DNA from: an uncultured Spartobacteria bacterium
Lineage (GTDB): Bacteria > Verrucomicrobiota > Verrucomicrobiia > Chthoniobacterales > UBA6821
NCBI GenBank assembly: GCA_903847935.1
Contig: CAINEX010000003.1
Location: 13,250 to 77,249 of the forward strand
Length of the DNA stretch: 64,000 nucleotides
Reading direction: 5' to 3'
A program made the position numbers and the translations under genes. Positions 1-9,620 of the stretch are shown here, piece by piece. Each line of letters starts with the position of its first letter. Position 1 is the first letter of the stretch. The notes beneath the pieces were generated by a model. The model was not told where the DNA came from and made no database searches. It worked only from the letters and a program-made list of their open reading frames with translations.

Positions 1-1232
1 AGAAGCTGACCGCGATCGGACTGACCGCCTCGTTGCATTCCACCCCCGGTTCTCCCGTGGTAGTGGCCCGCTCGGCCCACGATCCCAAGAAGCGGACCGT
101 ATTGATTTACGGCCACTACGATGTGCAGCCACCGGAGCCGCTGTCAGGTTGGACCACCCCCCCCTTCGAGCCCCGCATTGAGAACGGTCATATCCATGCA
201 CGTGGTGCGGCTGATAACAAGGGCCAGATCCTGGCTCATATTCTGGGCGTGGCCGAGACCTTCCGCGAGAGGGGCTCTCTGCCCGTCAACGTGATCTTCC
301 TCATCGAGGGAGAGGAAGAGATTGGGAGTCCAAATCTGGAGGAGTTTCTCCGGGAACACCGTGCGGAGCTTGCCTGCGATCTCGTGGCCATCTCTGACAC
401 GGCGATGGGACCCGGCAATACGGCGGCGCTGACCTACGCGCTTCGCGGGATCGCCGCCATGGAGCTCATCGTGCGCGGCCCGGCACGGGATCTCCATAGT
501 GGTCTCTTCGGTGGAGCGGTCGCAAACCCCGCCACGGTGGTGGCGCGTCTTCTGGCGTCACTCCACGATGCCGATGGTCGGGTCCTGATCCCCGGTTTCT
601 ATGATGCTGTCCGTCCCCTGCAACAATGGGAGCGAGCAGCGGCCGCCGATCTTGAGAGAGCAGCCGGTGGCGACGAGGCCATCAAGGAACTCGCCGGTGT
701 GAAAGAGTTGTTCGGCGAAAAAGGGTTCACGACCATCGAGCGGATCGGGGCCCGACCCACCGCCGAGGTGAATGGAATCGGCGGCGGTTATCAGGGAGCA
801 GGCACCAAGACCGTGCTCCCCAAGGAGGCCTTCGCCAAGATCACCTTCCGGCTGGTTGCCGATCAAGACCCTGCTCTTATCCTCGCTGCTGCCGAGGAAT
901 ACCTGCGCGCCCAGACCCCTCCCGGCGTCCTGCTCGAAATCGTCACAGGCCATTCCGGCGCCGCCTACCAATACGACCCCAACTCGCCGGACGGAATTGC
1001 CGCACGCAAAGCACTCAAAGAAGCCTTCGGTGCAGAACCCCTGCTCCTCCGTGATGGTGGTAGCATCCCGATCCTTGCCACTCTGAAGGAGATCCTGGGT
1101 GTCGACTCCTACCTGCTCGGACTTGCCAATCCCGACTGCCGCATCCATTCACCGAATGAGAATATGCTGGTGGAGAATTTCCTCGGAGGTATCCGGATGA
1201 ATAAGATCCTCCTCCAAGCATTGGCTAGATAG
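1..1232 (+). CDS. M20-family metallopeptidase/dipeptidase (ArgE/DapE/CPG2 superfamily), 5' end cut by window edge
   Basis: Listed ORF 33..1232 begins at a TTG, but the frame is open back to nt 3 (KLTAIGLTAS...), so the gene starts upstream of the window. Motifs IYGHYDVQP, ARGAADNKGQ and EGEEEIGSP are typical of M20 dipeptidases. Confidence 0.85.
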   Translation, partial: KLTAIGLTASLHSTPGSPVVVARSAHDPKKRTVLIYGHYDVQPPEPLSGWTTPPFEPRIENGHIHARGAADNKGQILAHILGVAETFRERGSLPVNVIFLIEGEEEIGSPNLEEFLREHRAELACDLVAISDTAMGPGNTAALTYALRGIAAMELIVRGPARDLHSGLFGGAVANPATVVARLLASLHDADGRVLIPGFYDAVRPLQQWERAAAADLERAAGGDEAIKELAGVKELFGEKGFTTIERIGARPTAEVNGIGGGYQGAGTKTVLPKEAFAKITFRLVADQDPALILAAAEEYLRAQTPPGVLLEIVTGHSGAAYQYDPNSPDGIAARKALKEAFGAEPLLLRDGGSIPILATLKEILGVDSYLLGLANPDCRIHSPNENMLVENFLGGIRMNKILLQALAR

Positions 1233-1343
1233 TTCCTTGGGGCTTGGAGCGCGAGCGGTGAAATCCGCTGCGTACAGACCATCTGGCGTGCGTTTTGCTC
1301 TCTGTTGACTTGAACCAAACCGCCAACCTTTTATTCTAAACCG

Positions 1344-2489
1344 ATGTCCGCCGATCCAAACGCTCTCTATTCCCGCAAGAATCCCTTTCCCGCCAAGCTC
1401 AAGACGAACCGCAAGCTGACCGCCGCGGGTTCCGCCAAGGACACACGCCACTTCGAGATCGTGCTCGAAGGATCCGGGCTCCAGTACGAGGTCGGGGATT
1501 CCCTCGGGGTTTTTCCGACGAACAATCCCGCGCTGGTGGAGGAGATCCTCAGCGTACTCGGTTTCAGCGGGGAAGAGCAGGTGCCGGATCCGAACGGCAA
1601 CACCCTCTCGATCCGTGAGGCACTGACACGCAGTTATGTGATCACGGAGAAGGACAAGAAGCTCCTTGCGGCCATTGCGGAGAAAGATCCTACGGCTGCC
1701 CATTTCGTTCCGATGACGACTCCCGAGGGGAAGGCGGAACTGGAAGCCTATGTCTGGGGGCGTGAAGTGATCGATCCCTTGCTCGCTCATCCCGCCGCCA
1801 AGTTCACCCCGGAGGAGTTCGTGAAGTGCCTGCGCAAGCTGCAGCCCCGGCTCTACTCGATTGCTTCCTCCCAGAAGGCGCATGCGACCGAGGTCCATCT
1901 CACGGTGGCTGCCGTCCGATACGAGAGCCATGGCCGCAAGCGTGAGGGTGTCTGCTCGACCTTCCTCTCAGACCGGGCTGACAACGCCCCCGTTCCCGTC
2001 TTTGTCCACACGGCCAAGCACTTCCGTGTGCCCGAGGATCTCACCACGCCCGTCATCATGGTTGGTCCGGGCACCGGTATCGCTCCCTTCATGGCCTTCC
2101 TGCAGGAACGCAAGGTCAGCGGCGCCACTGGGAAGAACTGGCTCTTCTTCGGCGATCAGAAATCGGAGACCGACTTCCTCTACCGCGAGGAGCTGGAGGC
2201 CTGGCAGGAGGAGGGTGTGCTTCACAAGCTTTCTACCGCGTTCTCCCGCGATCAGGCCGAGAAGATCTACGTCCAGCACCGCATGCTGGAGGAGGCCGGT
2301 GAACTCTTCGGATGGCTCGAGCAAGGAGCCTTCTTCTACATTTGCGGCGATGCGTCGCGCATGGCCAAGGACGTCGATGCCGCACTTCACAAGGTCGTCG
2401 AGACCGCGGGAGGCAAGTCCCCTGAAGAGGCAGCCGCCTATGTCGAGGAGCTGAAGAAGTCGAAGCGCTACCGCAAGGACGTCTACTAA
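1344..2489 (+). CDS. FNR-like FAD/NADPH-binding reductase, CysJ (sulfite reductase flavoprotein) C-terminal-type, without flavodoxin domain
   Basis: 381 aa. Has the RLYSIASS FAD-binding motif, the GPGTGIAPF NADPH-binding motif and the C-terminal YRKDVY of the CysJ/CPR family. No FMN (flavodoxin) domain is present at the N-terminus. Confidence 0.8.
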   Translation: MSADPNALYSRKNPFPAKLKTNRKLTAAGSAKDTRHFEIVLEGSGLQYEVGDSLGVFPTNNPALVEEILSVLGFSGEEQVPDPNGNTLSIREALTRSYVITEKDKKLLAAIAEKDPTAAHFVPMTTPEGKAELEAYVWGREVIDPLLAHPAAKFTPEEFVKCLRKLQPRLYSIASSQKAHATEVHLTVAAVRYESHGRKREGVCSTFLSDRADNAPVPVFVHTAKHFRVPEDLTTPVIMVGPGTGIAPFMAFLQERKVSGATGKNWLFFGDQKSETDFLYREELEAWQEEGVLHKLSTAFSRDQAEKIYVQHRMLEEAGELFGWLEQGAFFYICGDASRMAKDVDAALHKVVETAGGKSPEEAAAYVEELKKSKRYRKDVY

Positions 2490-2544
2490 GGGCGTCTCTA
2501 CCAAGCTCAGGCACCGAGTCTCATTCCCTCCCTCTCCTCTGTTC

Positions 2545-3942
2545 ATGACGAATAAGGCGCGCCGCGTCCATTTCCTGGGCATCTGCGGCACGGCGATGGG
2601 TGCCGTCGCGGTGGGCATGAAGGAGCAGGGATGGATCGTCACCGGATCCGATCAGCAGGCCTATCCGCCCATGAGCGACTTCCTCGCCGAGCGGGGGATC
2701 GAGGTTCTCTCAGGGTTTCGCCCCGAAAACCTTCCCAAGGAGGAGGCTCTCATTGTTGTCGGTAATGCCATCTCGCGCGGCAATCCCGAGGTCGAGGCGG
2801 TTCTCAACAGGAAGCTGAACTACGCCTCTCTCCCTGAGGTGCTCCGGGCCCACTTCCTGCGTGGTCGGCACAATATCGTCATCACTGGCACTCATGGGAA
2901 AACCACCACGACCTCCATGACAACATGGATCCTCGAGTATGCCGGGCTGCAGCCCTCCTACCTGATCGGTGGTATCCCCGCGAACTTGGGCCAGGGGGCC
3001 TGCCTGCGGGATGAAGCGACCTCGCGTCACTTTGTGATCGAAGGGGACGAATACGACACCGCCTTCTTCGACAAGCGCTCGAAGTTCCTCCACTACCTTC
3101 CCGAGCTCGTCGTGGTGAACAACGTGGAGTTCGATCACGCCGATATCTTTGAGAACCTTGAGGCCATCAAGCTGAGCTTCCGCAGGCTACTGAACGTTGT
3201 CCCCTCCGAGGGGATGGTGCTGATCAATGCTGATGATCAGAACTGCCTCGATGTCGCCCGCGACTGCCAGGCCCCGATCGTTGAGGTCGGCTTCTCCGAG
3301 AATGCCGGCAACAGAATCCTCCACCCCTGGCAAAAAGAGGGACATAGCGGCTTCGAGTTGTTCGGCGAGAAGTTCGAGATCCCGATGTCGGGTGAATTCA
3401 ACATCCGCAACGCAGCCATGGCGGTTTCCGCCGCCCATTTCTACGGAGTTCCGACCTGTACCATCCGCGAGGCGCTGCTCCAATTTCGGGGAATCAAGCG
3501 CCGCCAGGAGGTCCGGGGCGTCGTCGGTGGCATCACCATCATCGATGACTTCGGTCACCACCCCACCGCCATCCGGCAGACGCTCGAGGGACTGGCCAAG
3601 CACTATGAGGGATCCCGACTCTGGGCTCTCTTCGAACCCCGCTCGAACACGACCCGACGCGCCATCTTCCAGCAGGAATTTCCCAAGGCCTTCGCCGCAG
3701 CTCATGGTGTGGTCATCGGGGAAGTCAACCGTGCCGCGGATCTGAACCCCGAGGAGCGCCTAGATGCCCACCGCCTCGTGGCTGACCTCGTGAAAGCCGG
3801 CAAGCCAGCCTTCCACGAGCCCTCCGCCGATAAGATTATCGAACAACTGCGGCCACAGCTGCAGGAGGGAGATGTTGTTGTGGTCTTGAGCAACGGCGCC
3901 TTTGACGGACTTCACGGGAAGCTTCTCAGTGCTCTGGCCTGA
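2545..3942 (+). CDS. mpl: UDP-N-acetylmuramate:L-alanyl-gamma-D-glutamyl-meso-diaminopimelate ligase (murein peptide ligase)
   Basis: 465 aa. N-terminus VHFLGICGTAMGAVAVGMKEQGWIVTGSD and the GTHGKTTTTSM P-loop match Mur ligase/Mpl architecture. Confidence 0.85.
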   Translation: MTNKARRVHFLGICGTAMGAVAVGMKEQGWIVTGSDQQAYPPMSDFLAERGIEVLSGFRPENLPKEEALIVVGNAISRGNPEVEAVLNRKLNYASLPEVLRAHFLRGRHNIVITGTHGKTTTTSMTTWILEYAGLQPSYLIGGIPANLGQGACLRDEATSRHFVIEGDEYDTAFFDKRSKFLHYLPELVVVNNVEFDHADIFENLEAIKLSFRRLLNVVPSEGMVLINADDQNCLDVARDCQAPIVEVGFSENAGNRILHPWQKEGHSGFELFGEKFEIPMSGEFNIRNAAMAVSAAHFYGVPTCTIREALLQFRGIKRRQEVRGVVGGITIIDDFGHHPTAIRQTLEGLAKHYEGSRLWALFEPRSNTTRRAIFQQEFPKAFAAAHGVVIGEVNRAADLNPEERLDAHRLVADLVKAGKPAFHEPSADKIIEQLRPQLQEGDVVVVLSNGAFDGLHGKLLSALA

Positions 3943-3993
3943 GCGGGCTTTTCCCTGTCATCGTTTCCCCGATTTCCTAACCTTGAGCAAACC

Positions 3994-4518
3994 ATGGTAG
4001 CCGATCTCGCCGACACTCCCTCCGCACGGCTCTGCGGATCCTGCGGCATGTGCTGTGACGGCGTGCTCTTTCATGCCGTCGAGTTACAGAAGGGGGACAA
4101 CCCGCGCCAGCTTGCATCACTCGGGTTGAAGCTCCGTAGTAAGAAAGGTGTCTCCTCTTTCCTCCAGCCCTGCAGCGCTCATCGGGAAGAGGGTGGCCGT
4201 TGCTCCTGCTCGATCTACGATCAGCGGCCCCAGCGATGCAAAAACTTCGACTGCCAACAGTTGCGCGGCCTCCTCTCGGGAACCATCGCCGAGGATCTTG
4301 CCCTGGAGCGCGTCCAACAAGCCCGCACGCAGGTTGAGCGTGTCCTTGGTTTACTGGATCGGATCTCTCCCACCAACCCCAACCGTTCCCTTGCCCACCG
4401 GGTCGCCAATGCCCTCACCCTCCCGCCCGGCGTCGAGCGTGGCGCTCCTCACGAAGAACTCGAGACAGCCATGAAGGGGTTGGAGTCCCTGCTCCAAAAA
4501 GAATTCCGGGTGTCTTAA
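3994..4518 (+). CDS. Cys-rich YkgJ/CxxCxxCC-type putative zinc- or Fe-S-binding protein
   Basis: 174 aa. Contains CGSCGMCCDGVLF, a second Cys cluster (CSCSIYDQRPQRCKNFDC) and the family-typical YDxRPxxC pattern. Confidence 0.55.
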   Translation: MVADLADTPSARLCGSCGMCCDGVLFHAVELQKGDNPRQLASLGLKLRSKKGVSSFLQPCSAHREEGGRCSCSIYDQRPQRCKNFDCQQLRGLLSGTIAEDLALERVQQARTQVERVLGLLDRISPTNPNRSLAHRVANALTLPPGVERGAPHEELETAMKGLESLLQKEFRVS

Positions 4519-4548
4519 TGCTGGGGCCTTAGCCTTGTTACGTCTTAG

Positions 4549-5634
4549 GTGTCGATCTTCCACCCATCTATCTCTCCCCTCTCCTTTCACCACGTGAGCG
4601 CTTCCCTGAAGATCCTGGTGGTCCGGCGCGATAATATCGGCGATCTGATCTGCACGACACCCCTGCTGCATGGTCTTCGCACAAAATATCCCGAGGCCTG
4701 GATCTCGGTCCTTGCCAGCAGTTACAACGTGCATGTTCTGGATGGAAATCCCGACGTCAACGAGGTCTTGGTCTTCCTCAAGAAGAAGCAAAAGAGCCAT
4801 GGTTACGGTCGATTGGGCATGCTCTGGAATCGCTGGCAGCTTCTCCGCTCAATCCGTAGCCAACGCTTCGATCAAGTCATCCTGGCAAACGGGGGCTGGC
4901 GTTACGGCCATACGCTTGGCGGGAGGCAGACCATCGGCTTCCGCGAGCCCGGAGAGCCGGACCATCGTCAGCCCGATGTTCTTGCACCGGATCACGGCGG
5001 GTTTGAGGAGCACGAGGTCTCCAAGATGGCCCGACTTGGACGCATGCTGGGTGCGGAGGAAACCATGGGCAAAACAAAGCTTTTCCCTGACACCCATCAG
5101 CTTGAGCTTCAACGAGCCAGACTTATCTCCCTGGGTTGGGATCCGGCCAGGCCATCGCTGGCTCTCCATATTAGCTCCCGCATGCCAAAGCAGCGGTGGC
5201 CGGTGGATTCGTTCGTCGCCTTGGCAAAGCACTTGATGGCCTCCCACCATGTCCAGGTGCTCCTCTTCTGGTCACCCGGCTCGGAGCGCGACGCCATGCA
5301 CCCCGGTGATGATGACAAGGCGCAACTCCTCCTCGGGCAACTGCGTCATCTTCCGGTCTTCCCCTGCCCCACCAACACCATCCCCGAATTGGTGGCCGCC
5401 CTCTCCCTTGCCGACCAGATGATCTGCAGTGACGGCGGGGCGATGCATGTCGCGGCAGCCTTGAACAAACCGATCGTCTGCTTCTTCGGTCCAAGCCCAG
5501 TGCCCGAATGGCATCCTTGGGGGGTTCCGTACGTTGCGCTTCAGCAGCCCTCCCGTGTGGTCGCCGAGATCTCAGTCGAAGAGGCCTTGGCGGCCTACGA
5601 AAAACTTCAAGAAAGCCTTCGGCAGGCCACGTAA
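4549..5634 (+). CDS. Glycosyltransferase family 9 (ADP-heptose:LPS heptosyltransferase-like)
   Basis: LKILVVRRDNIGDLICTTPLL N-terminal motif and a C-terminal DGGAMHVAAAL motif, as in the WaaC/WaaF family. Start is uncertain (GTG 4549, or GTG 4594 giving VSASLKILVV). Confidence 0.75.
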   Translation: MSIFHPSISPLSFHHVSASLKILVVRRDNIGDLICTTPLLHGLRTKYPEAWISVLASSYNVHVLDGNPDVNEVLVFLKKKQKSHGYGRLGMLWNRWQLLRSIRSQRFDQVILANGGWRYGHTLGGRQTIGFREPGEPDHRQPDVLAPDHGGFEEHEVSKMARLGRMLGAEETMGKTKLFPDTHQLELQRARLISLGWDPARPSLALHISSRMPKQRWPVDSFVALAKHLMASHHVQVLLFWSPGSERDAMHPGDDDKAQLLLGQLRHLPVFPCPTNTIPELVAALSLADQMICSDGGAMHVAAALNKPIVCFFGPSPVPEWHPWGVPYVALQQPSRVVAEISVEEALAAYEKLQESLRQAT

Positions 5635-6344
5635 ACCGTCCCGGTCGATTCCCCGCCTCGGATGGGATTTGGGAAGCTCACCACCGTCGCCTCAACACGA
5701 GGGAAGACCTCACGGAGATGCGAGCAGAAGGCTTCGTCGGGTGCTTCGTCCGACCACATGGCGAAGACGCCGCCAGGATGTAGGTGCGTCCTCAGGGTCT
5801 GCAACCCCTCGGTCGTGTAGAAGGCAGCGTGACGCGGATTGAGCCAATGCCCGGGCGTGTGGTCGATATCGAGCAGGATGGCGTGGAACCTCGAGCCGGG
5901 AAACTCCGTATCTAAGCCTGTTACAGGATCGGCGGCGCGTGCAAAGAAGTCTGCTTCCCGAAAGCACGTTCTTGGATCGCCTGACAGCCCCTCACCGAGC
6001 GGAACCATCCCGCTCTGATGCCAGCGGATCACCGGCTCCAGAAAGTCGATCACCAGCAGCTTGCCGACTTCTTTATTTCTTAAGGCGGCCGCGGCGGTGT
6101 AACCAAGACCCAGGCCACCGACGACCACATCGAGCGACCCCCCTCCGGTCGTTTCCACCGCTGCAAGACCAAGATCGGCCAGAGCCTCTTCCACCACATG
6201 GAAGAGACTGCTCATCAGAAATTCCCCGTTGAGGATGATCTCGTGGACAACCTCGTTCTCCAACATGGGGATCCGACGCCGGCGCAGGATCAGCTCGCCG
6301 AGTTGGGTATCGCAGTAATCGAGTTCCTCAAAAGACTTCTCCAT
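5607..6344 (-). CDS. Spermidine synthase-like class I methyltransferase-fold protein
   Basis: 245 aa. Has a VVGGLGLGYTAAAAL glycine-rich loop and FHAILLDIDHTP, resembling polyamine aminopropyltransferase-like proteins. Its 3' end overlaps the convergent GT9 gene by 28 nt. Confidence 0.6.
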   Translation of the reverse strand: MEKSFEELDYCDTQLGELILRRRRIPMLENEVVHEIILNGEFLMSSLFHVVEEALADLGLAAVETTGGGSLDVVVGGLGLGYTAAAALRNKEVGKLLVIDFLEPVIRWHQSGMVPLGEGLSGDPRTCFREADFFARAADPVTGLDTEFPGSRFHAILLDIDHTPGHWLNPRHAAFYTTEGLQTLRTHLHPGGVFAMWSDEAPDEAFCSHLREVFPRVEATVVSFPNPIRGGESTGTVYVACRRLS

Positions 6345-6499
6345 CCCATGACGCTCTTTTGGGAATCTCCTGTTGGCGAGCAGTTATGGCGAGCCATCCC
6401 GATGGAATTTATCTTGTCGCCATTCACTTTCTGCAGCATGAGCATGTTAAGACACCAACCTGTTTTGCCCTCCAAGGTTACGACATCCACCCACTTTCC

Positions 6500-7249
6500 A
6501 TGAAAAATCCACTCCTTCTCACACTGGCCGGCTTTCTCTTGATCGGCTCTCTCCGGGCAGAAAAGCCCTCTCCCATCGACCCCAACGCCCTCTCGATGCT
6601 CAAGCGGATGAGCGCCACGCTCTCCGCTGCGAAAGCCTTCTCCGTGGAAACTCACGGCATCATGGAGGTCCCCTCCGTCTCGGGCCAGTTCATTACCCTC
6701 TTCCCCTCCGGACGACTCTCGCTCCAGCGCCCCGACAAGGTGCGTGCTGAACTCGGGGGAGATGCGCCTCCTTTTGATTTTTATTATGACGGGACCTCGG
6801 TCTCCGCGATCGCACCGCACACGAAGGTTTTCTCAACGCTGAAGGCCCCATCGACCATCGACGAGATGCTCTCCGGTCTGCAGCAGGAAACCGGGATCCG
6901 CTTTCCCTCCGCCCCGATCCTCAACAGCGATCCGTACGGCGTCCTATCGCGCGGACTCCTGAGCGCCGTTGTCGTCGGCCCCTGCAAGGTAAACGGCGTC
7001 GAGTGCGATCATCTGGCCTTCCGATCCCCCGGTGTGAATTGGGAAATCTGGATTGATGCAGGCCAACGCGCCGTGCCCCGCCGTCTGGCTGTCACTTTCA
7101 CCGATAGGCCCAACTTCCCTCGCTCGATCGTGGAGTTTTCCTCCTGGAATCTTCATCCATGGCTTCATCAGTCCTTGTTCATGTTTCACCCTCCCACCGG
7201 TTTCAAGGAAATCCCCTTCAAGACCGTGCTGAAAGATTCCGACCGCTGA
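6500..7249 (+). CDS. Secreted LolA-like/DUF2092-type periplasmic protein
   Basis: ATG at 6500 gives the signal peptide MKNPLLLTLAGFLLIGSLRA. The body (LKRMSATLSAAKAFSVE ... FDFYYDGTSVS ... TIDEML) matches my memory of the DUF2092 family. Upstream ORF extension to 6359 is unlikely. Confidence 0.6.
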   Translation: MKNPLLLTLAGFLLIGSLRAEKPSPIDPNALSMLKRMSATLSAAKAFSVETHGIMEVPSVSGQFITLFPSGRLSLQRPDKVRAELGGDAPPFDFYYDGTSVSAIAPHTKVFSTLKAPSTIDEMLSGLQQETGIRFPSAPILNSDPYGVLSRGLLSAVVVGPCKVNGVECDHLAFRSPGVNWEIWIDAGQRAVPRRLAVTFTDRPNFPRSIVEFSSWNLHPWLHQSLFMFHPPTGFKEIPFKTVLKDSDR

Positions 7250-7272
7250 TCAATCCAATACCCATTTTCTTC

Positions 7273-7701
7273 ATGAACTCCTTACGATCCTTGTCCGTCA
7301 CCAGCCTAATTGTGGCTGCAGCTCTCTTCCTGACGGCCTGTAACGGCTCCGCCTACTACGGGCCGACCGTCTACACGCCCCCACCGGTGGTTCCTTTCTA
7401 CGGTTGGGGTGGTGCCGGCTATTACGGCGGGGCCTACTACGGCACCAGTGCCGCTTACTACAACAGCTCCTACTACCGCGGCGTCAACGGCGCCGCCTAT
7501 CACACCCCTTATGCTTCCGGCGGGTATTACCACACCCCATATTCCAGCAGTGCCTACTACCACAATGCCAACGGCAGTTATGCCTACTCGCATGATGGTT
7601 ATGGCAGTGCCTATGGGGCACGAGGGGGGTCGGCTTCATGGGGTGGCGGATCGGGAAGCGCTACCGGGTACAGGGGGCGTTCCGTCTCCTGGCACCGCTA
7701 A
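7273..7701 (+). CDS. Tyr/Gly-rich low-complexity lipoprotein
   Basis: ATG at 7273 gives MNSLRSLSVTSLIVAAALFLTAC, a lipobox L-T-A-C. The mature part is dominated by YYG/AYY/GGS repeats. Confidence 0.55.
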   Translation: MNSLRSLSVTSLIVAAALFLTACNGSAYYGPTVYTPPPVVPFYGWGGAGYYGGAYYGTSAAYYNSSYYRGVNGAAYHTPYASGGYYHTPYSSSAYYHNANGSYAYSHDGYGSAYGARGGSASWGGGSGSATGYRGRSVSWHR

Positions 7702-7744
7702 TCGCGTTGACCGAAGAACCAGCGATTCCCTCTGATTGCGGGGA

Positions 7745-9514
7745 TTAGCTGCGGCTCCTCCGCTCCCGGTCCCAATCACGACCCTTGTTTCCAACGCGGC
7801 TCCACCAAGCTGGGGCCGGCATTTTTGGTGAGGATGATTTGTCACTCCCAGCGCTTTGCTGCTCTTTTGGGTTAGTCGCGGCCTTCCTGTCGCCCTTGCC
7901 ACCTCTCGCAAGGGTTACCTGCTTTCCGGGAATCACCTTGCGGTACATCTCAAGTCGGCAGTTGAATCCCCCCAAATCGACGGTCTTCTGAAACTCCAAC
8001 TTCAGCGAAGGATCGGAGGGGCCGGTGCGAAGAGGATTCACGAAGACGAGCCGGCCTCCCACCTTCAAGGCGCAGGACGCGGCGGCATAGAGGTCGGAGA
8101 AAAGCCCCTGCATGTCCTTGATCCGGACGCGTCGTCCGAGGGGGGGATTGGTGATCATGAGCGAGATACTTCCGGGGGAAATCCCGGCTTTCGTTGCCGC
8201 ATCCCGGAAATCACATTCCACCATTTCGGCGCGCGCTCCCCCCATCCTTGGGTTATCACGGCGGGCCGCATCGAAGTTTTCCCGTGCCACGGCGATGGCC
8301 TTGGCATCCAAATCCGTTCCGTAAGCCATGACCACACCTCCTCGCAGGGAGCGCTCCACAAGTTCCAGGCCCGATCCGCAGAAGGGATCCCAGACGATCT
8401 CATCCGGCTTCACTCCCGCCAGACGCACCATGCACGCAGCAAGCGGCGGATGTGAGGCGGCCGCAATGTCATCCTGACGGTAACCGAGTCGCGGATCGGG
8501 GTAGAGTCGCGGCCTTAGCTCGACCATGGATTCCCCGCGGCCACTCGGAGTACTTGATGAAGTTTCGGGGATCACGTCGACCGACCAGAGGGATTGCCGC
8601 GAATCATTCAGGATGGAAGGAGAGAGTGCATAGGCACGATCCACCACTTGGCGGACGGCTCCGCGTTGATGACCGCGGCCGGCGAATTCCAGCCGGTAGC
8701 GGGGCTCTCCCGCCGTGGCGGCGGTCATGATCTCGCGGGCACGATTCGATGCGATGCATCGCGCCAGGGGCTCCACCCAACTTGCGTTGGAGCCGGAGCC
8801 AACGGCGACCATTCCCAGTGGGAAAGCCACCGTCGCAAAACAGCGAAGCCGATAGAGCGTCGCGAGGGAAAAGTCTCCGAGCGGCTTCAGCGTCACACAG
8901 CCGGGCTGGGTCCTCTCGATGATCCATTCCGCAGGAGAGAGGATCTCTCTGGCCTCCTCCCGCACGAAGTCCTCGAGGCCCTTGCGACAGCGAAGGAGGA
9001 CACGCATGTCGGGATCCCCCGAGAGTAGGGCCTCCATGCGGAGGGATCCGGGATTTTCCCTCCTGGAAACAGCAGCTTTCACTTTCAGTCCGGTGATCCC
9101 TGGCACGATGGCCCCTCCTGATTCCTCGATGACGTTCAGCGTCGCCTTCCCACCGACCTTCTCCAGCGCGCGGCCCACGTGGCGCTTTTCCCGATCTTCT
9201 CCGCTTTTTCCCAGCAGATTCAGCATCTCCTGTTCCCCGGATTCACCAATACCGATCTTGGGAAGTGCGGCTAATGCGTAGCGACGCACCTTTTCCTGCG
9301 GGTCCTGCAGCAACGAAATCAACCACTGGCGCACCTGCGCCTTCTCCTCCTCCGTACCGAACCGGGAAAAGATCATCCCGACCGCGCGGATCACGGCCAC
9401 GTTCTCCATGCGCTCCCGCTGGGAGGCCCTGTTGAATCGGCTCACCTCGTTGCTCCAGAGCGCCTCCTTGGAGAGATCGCGCAGACGCTTGTACAGATCC
9501 TGATCGGACTTCAT
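7745..9514 (-). CDS. HEAT-repeat + THUMP-like + class I SAM-dependent (NPPxG-type) RNA/DNA methyltransferase fusion
   Basis: Catalytic motif LMITNPPLGRR and SAM-binding DPFCGSGLELVE. The N-terminus has HEAT-like repeats (VRRYALAALPKIG ... VGRALEKVGG) and the C-terminus is a basic tail. ATG at 9514 (MKSDQDLYKRL) is preferred over the ORF start at 9622. Confidence 0.7.
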   Translation of the reverse strand: MKSDQDLYKRLRDLSKEALWSNEVSRFNRASQRERMENVAVIRAVGMIFSRFGTEEEKAQVRQWLISLLQDPQEKVRRYALAALPKIGIGESGEQEMLNLLGKSGEDREKRHVGRALEKVGGKATLNVIEESGGAIVPGITGLKVKAAVSRRENPGSLRMEALLSGDPDMRVLLRCRKGLEDFVREEAREILSPAEWIIERTQPGCVTLKPLGDFSLATLYRLRCFATVAFPLGMVAVGSGSNASWVEPLARCIASNRAREIMTAATAGEPRYRLEFAGRGHQRGAVRQVVDRAYALSPSILNDSRQSLWSVDVIPETSSSTPSGRGESMVELRPRLYPDPRLGYRQDDIAAASHPPLAACMVRLAGVKPDEIVWDPFCGSGLELVERSLRGGVVMAYGTDLDAKAIAVARENFDAARRDNPRMGGARAEMVECDFRDAATKAGISPGSISLMITNPPLGRRVRIKDMQGLFSDLYAAASCALKVGGRLVFVNPLRTGPSDPSLKLEFQKTVDLGGFNCRLEMYRKVIPGKQVTLARGGKGDRKAATNPKEQQSAGSDKSSSPKMPAPAWWSRVGNKGRDWDRERRSRS

Positions 9515-9620
9515 GCAGTGATCATGACAGCTTGGTATCGGGAACCGAGATTTAATCGGTGGGCCGTACCGTTCTCCTTGGACTTCGGGGAAAACTCTTC
9601 TAAAGCATAGAGGCATTGCC

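Noticed and set aside
6359-6499. An N-terminal extension of the DUF2092-like ORF (start at 6359) and similar upstream extensions. The others are 7159 for the Tyr-rich lipoprotein, 10021 for lipoprotein B, 10340 for the FMN reductase, 50389 for apt and 55467 for lptB.
   Set aside because: In each case an internal start yields a canonical signal peptide, lipobox or family-typical N-terminus. The extension overlaps the preceding gene or its terminator region.
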